Shown piece by piece: positions 1 to 7,123 of a stretch of DNA of 33,521 nt. Below the pieces are notes generated by a model. It did no database searches, was not told the DNA's origin, and was given only the letters and a program-made list of their open reading frames with translations. Origin of the DNA: a virus (taxonomy: Duplodnaviria; Caudoviricetes); the IMG/VR virus record IMGVR_UViG_3300020042_009936, positions 1-33,521 of that record. One strand, written 5' to 3'. The position numbers and the translations under genes were made by a program. How positions within the stretch are numbered: the stretch's first letter is position 1; every line of letters begins with the position of its first letter.

Positions 1-57
1 CGTAGGCTTGCGCCGGGAGATTTACAGTCTCCTGTAATTGCTGCTATACGATACTCC
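1..57 (-). tRNA. tRNA-Tyr(GTA), 3' end truncated by window edge
   Basis: Minus strand GGAGTAT...GGAGA-CTGTAAA-TCTCC anticodon arm followed by a long variable arm; T arm and acceptor 3' strand lie outside the window. Confidence 0.88.
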
Positions 58-67
58 AGTTAAAAAA

Positions 68-142
68 TGGCTCCAGAGGAAGGATTCGAACCTCCAACAC
101 GCGCATTAACAGTGCGCTACTCTACCGTTGAGCTACTCTGGA
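68..142 (-). tRNA. tRNA-Asn(GTT)
   Basis: Full cloverleaf, GCGCA-CTGTTAA-TGCGC anticodon arm, GGTTCGAATCC T arm, encoded CCA. Confidence 0.96.
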
Positions 143-149
143 ACTAAAA

Positions 150-227
150 TGGTGTTCCTGATTGGGATCGAACCAATGACCGAAAGCTTAGAAGGCTTTT
201 GCTCTAATCCAACTGAGCTACAGGAAC
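150..227 (-). tRNA. tRNA-Arg(TCT)
   Basis: Cloverleaf, AAAGC-CTTCTAA-GCTTT anticodon arm, encoded CCA. Confidence 0.96.
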
Positions 228-243
228 ACTAAAATCTACAACT

Positions 244-271
244 ATGTTATACTCTATTATAGTATTGTCAA
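244..271 (-). promoter_or_regulatory. sigma70-type promoter for Arg/Asn/Tyr tRNAs
   Basis: TTGACA-N16-TAACAT ending 16 nt upstream of tRNA-Arg. Confidence 0.7.
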
Positions 272-287
272 TAGTTTTAAAAATATT

Positions 288-440
288 GCCCATTTTTTTC
301 ACAGTGTAAAGTGACTCAAAACAAGATCACTTGGGCGCACTGTATGTTTTTTCGCAGATCAGGTCGCTCAGTTGTCTAATATACCGGATTATTTCCAGTA
401 CCCCAAACTACGTCTTAGTGACGACTGCCCTCATTGCTGC
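288..440 (-). ncRNA. Candidate structured ncRNA (irregular hairpin plus H-type pseudoknot), family unrecognised
   Basis: GC-richer non-tRNA insert inside the tRNA operon; stems TACTGGA/TCCGGTA, GCAG/CTGC, ACAGTG/CACTGT, GCCCA/TGGGC, AGTGA/TCACT. Confidence 0.5.
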
Positions 441-462
441 AAAATTATTAAAAGAACAAAAA

Positions 463-538
463 TGGTGAGGGTAGATGGATTCGAACCATCGCTTGACAGA
501 TTTTAAGTCTGTTGACTCTTCCGCTGGTCTATACCCCC
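463..538 (-). tRNA. tRNA-Leu(TAA) with short variable loop
   Basis: ACAGA-CTTAAAA-TCTGT anticodon arm, 5-nt variable loop CAAGC, A73, encoded CCA. Confidence 0.9.
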
Positions 539-555
539 ATAAAAAGAACACGCAC

Positions 556-584
556 AATCTACTAGAAACTGTGGCCCCTGTCAA
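556..584 (-). promoter_or_regulatory. sigma70-type promoter upstream of tRNA-Leu
   Basis: TTGACA-N17-TAGATT followed by TGTTCTTT boxA-like motif. Confidence 0.75.
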
Positions 585-595
585 GGGGAAAAATT

Positions 596-670
596 TGGTA
601 GTCCATAAGAGAATCGAACTCTTGTTAATAGGTTGAAAACCTACTGTCCTAACCACTAGACGAATGGACC
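596..670 (-). tRNA. tRNA-Glu(TTC)
   Basis: GGTCCAT acceptor, GTAGG-TTTTCAA-CCTAT anticodon arm, encoded CCA. Confidence 0.95.
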
Positions 671-676
671 GTATCA

Positions 677-750
677 TAGTCCAAGCGGGGTTCGAACCCG
701 CAACTTCACGCTTATAAAGCATGTACTCTTACCAATTGAGTTATTGGACT
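677..750 (-). tRNA. tRNA-Ile(TAT), no encoded CCA
   Basis: CATGC-TTTATAA-GCGTG anticodon arm, GGTTCGAACCC T arm, A73 followed by TGA rather than CCA. Confidence 0.88.
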
Positions 751-774
751 ATAATAAATATGCAATAGTCTCTG

Positions 775-847
775 TGGGTCTTACCGGACTTGAACCGATA
801 ACCGAAAAATTATGAGTTTTTTGCTCTAACCATTGAGCTAAAGACCC
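775..847 (-). tRNA. tRNA-Ile2-like/Met (CAT), no encoded CCA
   Basis: GGGTCTTTAGCTCAATGGTTAGAGC 5' half resembles bacterial tRNA-Ile2; AAAAA-CTCATAA-TTTTT anticodon arm; A73; Ile2 versus Met identity is inferred. Confidence 0.82.
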
Positions 848-889
848 ACAGAAACTACTACATATTAAATTTTAAAAGAACAAAAAAAA

Positions 890-964
890 TGGTGCATCCG
901 GTGGAATTCGAATCCACAACACCCGGCTTAAAAGGCCGATGCTCTACCGTTGAGCTACGGATGC
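890..964 (-). tRNA. tRNA-Lys(TTT)
   Basis: TCGGC-CTTTTAA-GCCGG anticodon arm, encoded CCA. Confidence 0.95.
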
Positions 965-1447
965 ATTATTGAAAGAACAAGGACAATCTATCACACTTTC
1001 TTCGATTGTCAAGGGGTTCTTCATGTTTTTGGGAATTTCTATGACTCCCGCATGAATTTCGTTGTGACAATTTGCACAAACTAAAATGCATTTTTTTAAT
1101 TCTTCTTGTAATTCTTTTTCTGGAATATTTAATCTAAAAAACGCATCAGAAATTTCAAAACATTTTGTACTTGGATTTATGTGATGAAAATTTAATGCGT
1201 TTTGACATTTATCATAAAAACAAATTTGGCATTTGCCACCAAACAAATCAATAGTCTTTTTCTTTTTTATTTGCCGACTCTTTTTTTTGCAGGCTTTGCT
1301 TCTTTCATTACATAAAAATTTGTATGTTGCGTCTGTATGATATCTAACTTTATGTTTTTTACATTTAAGAGTTACCATTATTCTTTCAATGGTTTCTCCT
1401 TGTGAATGTAAAGTTACAATTTGATTCACTAATTCAGGCTCTTGCAT
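944..1447 (-). CDS. HNH homing-type endonuclease
   Basis: CxxC (CQIC), FHHINP and CILVCANCHNEIH motifs, N-terminal HTH-like segment; inserted in the tRNA array; ORF tail runs into tRNA-Lys. Confidence 0.85.
   Translation of the reverse strand: MQEPELVNQIVTLHSQGETIERIMVTLKCKKHKVRYHTDATYKFLCNERSKACKKKSRQIKKKKTIDLFGGKCQICFYDKCQNALNFHHINPSTKCFEISDAFFRLNIPEKELQEELKKCILVCANCHNEIHAGVIEIPKNMKNPLTIEESVIDCPCSFNNASVAQR
985..1012 (-). promoter_or_regulatory. sigma70-type promoter upstream of tRNA-Lys (inside HNH 3' end)
   Basis: CCCCTTGACA-N16-TAGATT then TGTTCTTT; same layout as the promoter at 556-584. Confidence 0.75.
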
Positions 1448-1488
1448 TAAATATCATAAAAGATATTTAATGTAATTAAAGAAAAAAA

Positions 1489-1563
1489 TGGAGCCAAAGA
1501 CAGGACTTGAACCTGCAACCTTTACTTTACAAAAGTATTGCTCTACCATTGAGCTACTCTGGC
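1489..1563 (-). tRNA. tRNA-Thr(TGT)
   Basis: GCCAGAG acceptor, TACT-TTTGTAA-AGTA anticodon arm, encoded CCA. Confidence 0.93.
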
Positions 1564-1592
1564 ATGAAAACTTATATTTTAATATACACTAA

Positions 1593-1886
1593 CTATTGCC
1601 AAATTCGATGTTTTTCTCGGATAACTTCTTTTCCGTTTACAGCATCAACTCGCCATTCAACATCATCTGGTATTTCCACAATCTTTAATGTAGTATACAA
1701 GCCGTTGGCTTTAGCACCAAGTTTTTGCACAGCTTCTACAAGTAAAGGATGGCTTCTATCATTATCAAAAGTATAAGCATTTATTTGCGACTTGGCTTTT
1801 GGGTTTTTTATCTTTTTTTGAATAAGTGATATAGCATCAGGACTTATAGCAAAATTACTATAAGAAGTATTAATTACGACTTGCAT
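1593..1886 (-). CDS. Conserved phage hypothetical protein
   Basis: 97 aa; VVIN...LVEAVQKLG..ANG...LKIVEIPDDVEW...HRIW pattern typical of a common phage family. Confidence 0.75.
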   Translation of the reverse strand: MQVVINTSYSNFAISPDAISLIQKKIKNPKAKSQINAYTFDNDRSHPLLVEAVQKLGAKANGLYTTLKIVEIPDDVEWRVDAVNGKEVIREKHRIWQ

Positions 1887-2040
1887 ACATTGAAATTAGT
1901 TTTTCGAGTTCGTCGCAGACGGTTTTAATATCTGCGGTTAATTGGCTAGGTTGGATTCCGACTTCATCCATCGTGCGGTCATCTTCTCCGGTGCGCCATT
2001 TATTGTATGCGCGAAGACGTTCTATAGATTGTTCAATCAT
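1870..2040 (-). CDS. Small hypothetical protein (56 aa, missing from ORF track)
   Basis: MIEQSIERLRAYNKWRTGEDD...SRN*, overlaps start of next gene, same strand as neighbours. Confidence 0.65.
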   Translation of the reverse strand: MIEQSIERLRAYNKWRTGEDDRTMDEVGIQPSQLTADIKTVCDELEKLISMYASRN

Positions 2041-2122
2041 AATTTGTTTACGGATTGGTTGATGATTTATAATGTTTTTTATATAAGACGTTACACGGTA
2101 TAACGTTTTATAAATAAAACGA

Positions 2123-2317
2123 TTACATTCTCGCTTCTATGTCGTCTATTGATCCGCACTCGTTATAAATATAATCAAATAGCCAATCTTCAGCGTAAAT
2201 AGTTATATTTAATTCTTTTGTTAGATTGTCATATAATGCGTGTTGTTTGGCATTGAGATGTCTAATTTCATCACGGGTTTTACAAATGAGTTCGTATTGT
2301 TGAGGTGTGAATTTCAT
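2123..2317 (-). CDS. Hypothetical protein
   Basis: ATG at 2317 overlaps stop of upstream gene (ATGA); 64 aa. Confidence 0.65.
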   Translation of the reverse strand: MKFTPQQYELICKTRDEIRHLNAKQHALYDNLTKELNITIYAEDWLFDYIYNECGSIDDIEARM

Positions 2318-2652
2318 TTCCAAAATATTTGAAGGATAACTATACTAGCGCACAGGCACAATAATGTCAAGGTCTTTAAGTTTAATTTTTCACCAAAATG
2401 ATAAGAAGTTAAAATTGTAAATAATACTATGCCGATACTGAATGTAAGTATTCTATTCGGCCAAATTAATCCATTAAAATATTCATTGATTAACTTGATT
2501 GCGCGAATAGATATTAAAGTTGATGGTACGCTTATCCATATTAAATAATATTCGTACTTCTTAAACCATTCAGATAAAAATTGTCCATGTATTTGATACC
2601 ATCCAATTACATAAACTAAACTAAGTAATAATATTGCTAATAATAGTTTCAT
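2314..2652 (-). CDS. Small multi-pass membrane protein (DMT/SMR-like size and topology)
   Basis: 112 aa with about four hydrophobic segments and a GE-K-L loop before the last helix. Confidence 0.6.
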   Translation of the reverse strand: MKLLLAILLLSLVYVIGWYQIHGQFLSEWFKKYEYYLIWISVPSTLISIRAIKLINEYFNGLIWPNRILTFSIGIVLFTILTSYHFGEKLNLKTLTLLCLCASIVILQIFWK

Positions 2653-3321
2653 TTATATCCACAGCATATCCATGTGGTCTACGAAAAATTGTAAGCCTTG
2701 TTTTTTACGAGTTTCGAGTTGATCGCATGTTTTTGTATATTCGTCCCAAGCTTGTTTTGCTTCAAGATTTTTTTCTCTATTGAAATAATTTTTATCTTTA
2801 ATATCCCAACTACACGATTTAGGAAAAGTTACATACTTATCAGGATCGATAATATAATCAAAAGCAAAAATCATTTCATCCAAGATGCGATTGATTTCTT
2901 TTTCACCGATCTTTTCCGCTTTTTCTCTGTCTTCGTCTTGTAGATTGTCATAATTACTAGGCAAAAATTTCATTGGGATACCCATCTTACCTTTTTTCTT
3001 AAAATATTGCAAACGAGGAACCATATATTTAGCAATATTAGTTTCTAAAGAGTAAACTTCATCATCGGAAACTCCATAACGGAATTTCTGATATTGGCAT
3101 TTAATCCACCAACGCAATTCATTATAATTGCCCCTGAGTCCCCATCCAAGTCGATAAGGAAGAAAATCAATAAACTGATCTACATATTTATTATATATAT
3201 AATAATCATTAGCTTTTCCTTCAAACATCTTGTCTAGTTTTACTTGTTGATCGTGCCAGCCTTTAAGACGTTTTTCTTTTTGTTCTGGTGTTTCGAAATC
3301 GAATAGAAGTTGATAGCTCAT
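2653..3321 (-). CDS. Hypothetical phage protein
   Basis: 222 aa ORF tightly packed between neighbours. Confidence 0.7.
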   Translation of the reverse strand: MSYQLLFDFETPEQKEKRLKGWHDQQVKLDKMFEGKANDYYIYNKYVDQFIDFLPYRLGWGLRGNYNELRWWIKCQYQKFRYGVSDDEVYSLETNIAKYMVPRLQYFKKKGKMGIPMKFLPSNYDNLQDEDREKAEKIGEKEINRILDEMIFAFDYIIDPDKYVTFPKSCSWDIKDKNYFNREKNLEAKQAWDEYTKTCDQLETRKKQGLQFFVDHMDMLWI

Positions 3322-3689
3322 AGTGTTTTATTATAAGAATTAATATAAGATTCTATATTGGATTTTCCTACGGGGTTCATAGAATGTACAACATACGGTG
3401 GATGTTTAATTCCACGTTCCATGCAGTAATTTACTAACCATTTAGCACAATCATATCCGGTTTTTTCATCGTAAGAATTATAAGGAATTTCATCAATCAT
3501 ATAAATCGCCATCGCTAGATCATGATCGTAACAAACATACTTTGGAACTTCTCTTCTCAACGTGATCAAATCTACAAATTCCTTGTAGCTTCGTACAACA
3601 GAATAATGTTGATCAACTGGTATATCAACCCAAGTGACATCGGTTGGAACACGAATATCATCAAGAAAAATATTATATTTAGTTATCAT
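3318..3689 (-). CDS. Cyclic-phosphate-processing receiver-like domain protein
   Basis: IFLDDIR-P, VRSY-EF, DHDL, TGYDCAKWL and VHSMNPVG motifs of this stand-alone REC-like family. Confidence 0.75.
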   Translation of the reverse strand: MITKYNIFLDDIRVPTDVTWVDIPVDQHYSVVRSYKEFVDLITLRREVPKYVCYDHDLAMAIYMIDEIPYNSYDEKTGYDCAKWLVNYCMERGIKHPPYVVHSMNPVGKSNIESYINSYNKTL

Positions 3690-4360
3690 AACTCAAATGC
3701 GGCGATTGTATGTTGGAAGGGGTTGCCTTCAATATTCTTTACTAGATTTAACATCTCAGCAGCAATCTCTCGGATTTCTTTCTGAGCATCAGGCTTGTTG
3801 CGAAGCTCAAGGAAGTGATAAAAACTGCGCCAATTAAACATAACATCAGCTTGAATTTGAGAATTATAAGCCTTGAAGAATCGAGCAGATTCCTTGGCTC
3901 GCTTGCGACCTAGAGTTGGCTCAAGGTCTTTAACGCATTGATGATAAAGAGTATTACCAAGATGAGTATAATCTTCAAGTATTGTAGTCCATTTACTATT
4001 TTGGACTCCTTCTTTATCAAAGGTAGATTCAATATCTCCCCAATCACTAGGAATCAAATACTTATCTTCTTTTATCTCTTTATACCTAGCAGATTCACCA
4101 TTAACAGAAGTGCCAACCCTATGTTTTATCAGATGAATGTGGGAAGCTATATCAGTATCAATTAAAAAATGAATGCTAGACTTTTCGAAAGGAGTATGAT
4201 GTCCCGCATCAGCAAGCATCTTAAGAAGTTTAGGAATTCGCCCAATCTTGTCTTCGTTTAAATCTCGGCTTGTAGAAGTCCAAGCTGAACAAGCATGAAC
4301 TTGATCATTGCCATAATAGCCAAGCAACTGAACTTTATTGTCATTTTTATCATTAATCAT
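3686..4360 (-). CDS. thyX: FAD-dependent thymidylate synthase
   Basis: GHHTPFE, KHRVGTSVNGESARY (RHRx7SxR variant), N-RSFYHFLELR...AQ-EIR. Confidence 0.92.
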   Translation of the reverse strand: MINDKNDNKVQLLGYYGNDQVHACSAWTSTSRDLNEDKIGRIPKLLKMLADAGHHTPFEKSSIHFLIDTDIASHIHLIKHRVGTSVNGESARYKEIKEDKYLIPSDWGDIESTFDKEGVQNSKWTTILEDYTHLGNTLYHQCVKDLEPTLGRKRAKESARFFKAYNSQIQADVMFNWRSFYHFLELRNKPDAQKEIREIAAEMLNLVKNIEGNPFQHTIAAFEL

Positions 4361-5127
4361 ATATCTGAAAATTTCTTGATTTCTAACTTACCATTGTTGA
4401 ATACTATATACTCATTTAATCCATTGTCAATGCAAAGATTGTCGCAATCTGCTGGATTCACATTGCCATCCAAATGGTGAGGATTAACTCTACCATTTTT
4501 ATGATAAGTATGACCAACGATTTGTTTTAATCCTTCAATAGGTTGAAACTCTTGTTTAAAATCTAGCCAAACAATTCCTCCACCTTTCTTGGGACCACCT
4601 CGACTTCGGCCAGCATAATAAAACCAATGATTTTGATCTGTCCGTAAAGCAATGTTTGCGCGTTCTATTTCTTTCACAAAAAATAGATTCAAGTCATCAT
4701 TGTTTTTAACAGATGGATCTATGTAATCAGAAAACAGTCCAGCATGAGTACAAAGATAATCATCAATCCAAAAACGCCATTTGAATTTGTTGGTAATATT
4801 TTGACGCTCAGATCCTAGTATTTCATCGATAGCAAAAAATTTTCTATCTTCATACCCACTGCACATAGTATAGTGATTATTAAATAGATAATGTAGATCA
4901 TGATTACCAAAAAGAGTATGGTTATTTGGCGCGGACAGATATCGCATCAAATAATCAGCAGTCTTTTTATAATCATCGTTCTCGTCCAAATTAAAACTAT
5001 CAAACCAATCGCCAAGACAAATATTTATGTCTGCCGATTCGTGCTGAATAATCTTATTGAACTTCTCAATGTTATTGTGAAGATCAGAAAGTAATACTAT
5101 TTTCTTATTGTGACTATCGAATGTCAT
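4357..5127 (-). CDS. Calcineurin-like metallophosphoesterase
   Basis: SDLH, LGD, GNHD, THAG, VGHT motifs in order; start placed at ATG 5127. Confidence 0.9.
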   Translation of the reverse strand: MTFDSHNKKIVLLSDLHNNIEKFNKIIQHESADINICLGDWFDSFNLDENDDYKKTADYLMRYLSAPNNHTLFGNHDLHYLFNNHYTMCSGYEDRKFFAIDEILGSERQNITNKFKWRFWIDDYLCTHAGLFSDYIDPSVKNNDDLNLFFVKEIERANIALRTDQNHWFYYAGRSRGGPKKGGGIVWLDFKQEFQPIEGLKQIVGHTYHKNGRVNPHHLDGNVNPADCDNLCIDNGLNEYIVFNNGKLEIKKFSDI

Positions 5128-5479
5128 TTCTAAATTGTGTTTTAAAAGGATCAATCGTTGGTTTGCTGATCATGATTCTTGTATCAGTTTCGTTTTCTTT
5201 GACTTCTAACCATTTGACTTCAAAGTCGCCTTTTTCATTTCCACTCATTTCTAGCGTTCGATCATTAACATGAAAAATAATACCGTGGACATGGAGCTTA
5301 GTAATGGGCATACTAGTTCCTAATCCAACGTTATCTGATCCTCCAATACCAAGATTGCCATTATTAAGTGAAAAATCTTTTGACGGTTGAATATTCTCTT
5401 CCGCTTTGACTAGAGATGGTGCGGTAGAGGCAGCGACAAAGCCCCCGAATATAGTTTTAAAAAATCCTTTACGATCCAT
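5114..5479 (-). CDS. Hypothetical exported protein with Tat-like signal
   Basis: MDRKGFFK + hydrophobic stretch + AxA-like site; internal GNLGIG / NVGLGTSMP..KLHV motif. Confidence 0.6.
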   Translation of the reverse strand: MDRKGFFKTIFGGFVAASTAPSLVKAEENIQPSKDFSLNNGNLGIGGSDNVGLGTSMPITKLHVHGIIFHVNDRTLEMSGNEKGDFEVKWLEVKENETDTRIMISKPTIDPFKTQFRNDIR

Positions 5480-5495
5480 ACTTTATATTACGTTT

Positions 5496-5912
5496 TTACT
5501 TGTCATAATCTATTTTTCCAATGACGTTTATGCGAAAAGTATTAGTTACTTTTCCATCATTAGAACTGGTTATAATGTAGCTCTCTTCAATCGTACCGTC
5601 AAGAAAAAAAACAATTTTTGTCGCAGATGATTCTATAATTTTTAAATCGTTAGTTATTGCGGCGAGTTCATCTGGATTCTCAAGAGAGTTTATAGTGTAT
5701 TCTTCATTGAAAGATAATTCAATATCTTTTTGATGGTATGCTGCTTGATGACGTTTGTTTATTAAAAATGTTTTTAAATTCTCTCGCGCTTCTTGATACC
5801 TGTTTCCGTTGAAAGAATCAAAATTAATAACAATCGCGGCAATTATTGATAATAAAATCGTAGTTGCCAATACTATCTCTATAAGAGTAAACCCTTTGGA
5901 TTTACCAATCAT
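5496..5912 (-). CDS. Prepilin-type N-terminal cleavage/methylation protein (pseudopilin GspH/FimT-like)
   Basis: KSKG^FTLIEIV followed by a hydrophobic helix; C-terminal IVFFLDG motif. Confidence 0.82.
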   Translation of the reverse strand: MIGKSKGFTLIEIVLATTILLSIIAAIVINFDSFNGNRYQEARENLKTFLINKRHQAAYHQKDIELSFNEEYTINSLENPDELAAITNDLKIIESSATKIVFFLDGTIEESYIITSSNDGKVTNTFRINVIGKIDYDK

Positions 5913-6186
5913 TATATTTTGGTAGTTTTTCTAACTCTTTTTGTCTTTCAATAGCTCGTTTTAAAATGGTTTTTAACTCCATTAGTGCTGTCTCGTAAGA
6001 AACACAAGTTATTTCTATATTATCGGTGACATATCCATGATGTAACACTCTATATTTTGGCTGCTCGCCATAAGACCAGCGTGTTTCTATATACCAATGA
6101 CAGTCTTTATCTTTATGGTGATCGCCGCTAATAAGATCGTGCCATTGTTCAGATAACTTTACTATATCTTTTTGTATGTCAGTCAT
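5902..6186 (-). CDS. Hypothetical protein
   Basis: 94 aa ORF overlapping both neighbours by a few bases. Confidence 0.7.
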   Translation of the reverse strand: MTDIQKDIVKLSEQWHDLISGDHHKDKDCHWYIETRWSYGEQPKYRVLHHGYVTDNIEITCVSYETALMELKTILKRAIERQKELEKLPKYNDW

Positions 6187-6400
6187 GAATATTTATACGT
6201 CGAGCGTTAAGTTCATCATACAAAATTGTATGAATGGTGTTAAGAGCTTCACTCACATTTTCGAAATCGTTACCGTGCTTGCGGTAGCTTCTTAATCTTT
6301 CAGCAAGATGACAAATCACTGCATACATATCAGCAGATTGATTTGCTATTTCAAATTCTTTTTGATCTTCAGGTAGATTGAATTCTAAGATTGCTTTCAT
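6179..6400 (-). CDS. Conserved phage hypothetical protein
   Basis: MKAILEFNLPED start, 73 aa. Confidence 0.7.
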   Translation of the reverse strand: MKAILEFNLPEDQKEFEIANQSADMYAVICHLAERLRSYRKHGNDFENVSEALNTIHTILYDELNARRINIHD

Positions 6401-7058
6401 ATTTTAAAATTTGTTCGCCAATGTATTTAGTATATGCAGGAGGAATAGCTTCCGTCAATTCCCAACCTCGCTTAGGCCAATGCATATCCATAACCTTGCG
6501 CCAAACATCGATTGAGCCTTTGCGACGACTCTTGCCGGTAACACTCATATCGCGATAATCAATGCCATTATCTTCGGCGTATTTTTTAGAATATCCACGT
6601 TTAGTAATGCTTTTTAATTCTGCGACTGGAAAATTACATTCAAAATATCTTGCTCGTTCGATTGGCATACCAAACATATAACCAGTTAATCTAAACGGTT
6701 CTATGAGATATTCTTTTGCACCAGCAACGTTTTCAATAATATAATATTTACCAGTATTAATTAACGCATTACGAACTGGCTCAATTAGTTTTGGCGTGTC
6801 TTTGCCTTGAGAGTAATGAACATAGACTGAATCAGGCTTTGTAGCGTTACTATATCCCTGACAAGGAGGTGATGCGTGAATAACGTCAAATGAGCCAAGA
6901 AACTCTTTATCTTTCAGGATTTCCATTACATCTCCTTTAATGAATTTAAAAGGATAACTAGGTTGATCTTTAATATCAACTCCGGTCACTTCGAATCCTG
7001 CTTGGCTGTAACCCATGCTGGCTCCACCAGCGCAACAAAATAAATCAAGTAATTTCAT
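6369..7058 (-). CDS. C5 cytosine DNA methyltransferase (compact)
   Basis: LDLFCCAGG (motif I), SPPCQ (motif IV), IENV (motif VI), R-R-F (motif VIII), C-terminal AIPP. Confidence 0.88.
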   Translation of the reverse strand: MKLLDLFCCAGGASMGYSQAGFEVTGVDIKDQPSYPFKFIKGDVMEILKDKEFLGSFDVIHASPPCQGYSNATKPDSVYVHYSQGKDTPKLIEPVRNALINTGKYYIIENVAGAKEYLIEPFRLTGYMFGMPIERARYFECNFPVAELKSITKRGYSKKYAEDNGIDYRDMSVTGKSRRKGSIDVWRKVMDMHWPKRGWELTEAIPPAYTKYIGEQILKYESNLRIQST

Positions 7059-7123
7059 AAATTTGTAAAGGAAATGTAAAAGTTGTATCTTTTTGATTGT
7101 TTAACGTGTCAATTATTGTAGAT

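Noticed and set aside
288-343. Theta/HDV-like ribozyme downstream of tRNA-Leu
   Set aside because: Stem order resembles HDV topology, but there is no catalytic C in the final joining strand, no short P3 with pyrimidine-rich loop, and it does not abut the tRNA 3' end
408-722. 104-aa minus-strand ORF
   Set aside because: Runs through three tRNA genes and a promoter; spurious
1507-1776. Plus-strand ORF, and the similar antisense ORFs throughout the track (e.g. 2698, 3522, 7851, 8169, 10317, 21247, 27374, 32249)
   Set aside because: Antisense shadows of well-supported minus-strand genes or tRNAs, with no motifs
2082-2112. Imperfect inverted repeat TATAAGACGTTA/TAACGTTTTATA containing a GTGTAA
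   Set aside because: AT-rich and single; cannot separate terminator, operator or chance
6369-7058. Restriction-modification system
   Set aside because: No adjacent endonuclease; orphan methyltransferases are routine in phages
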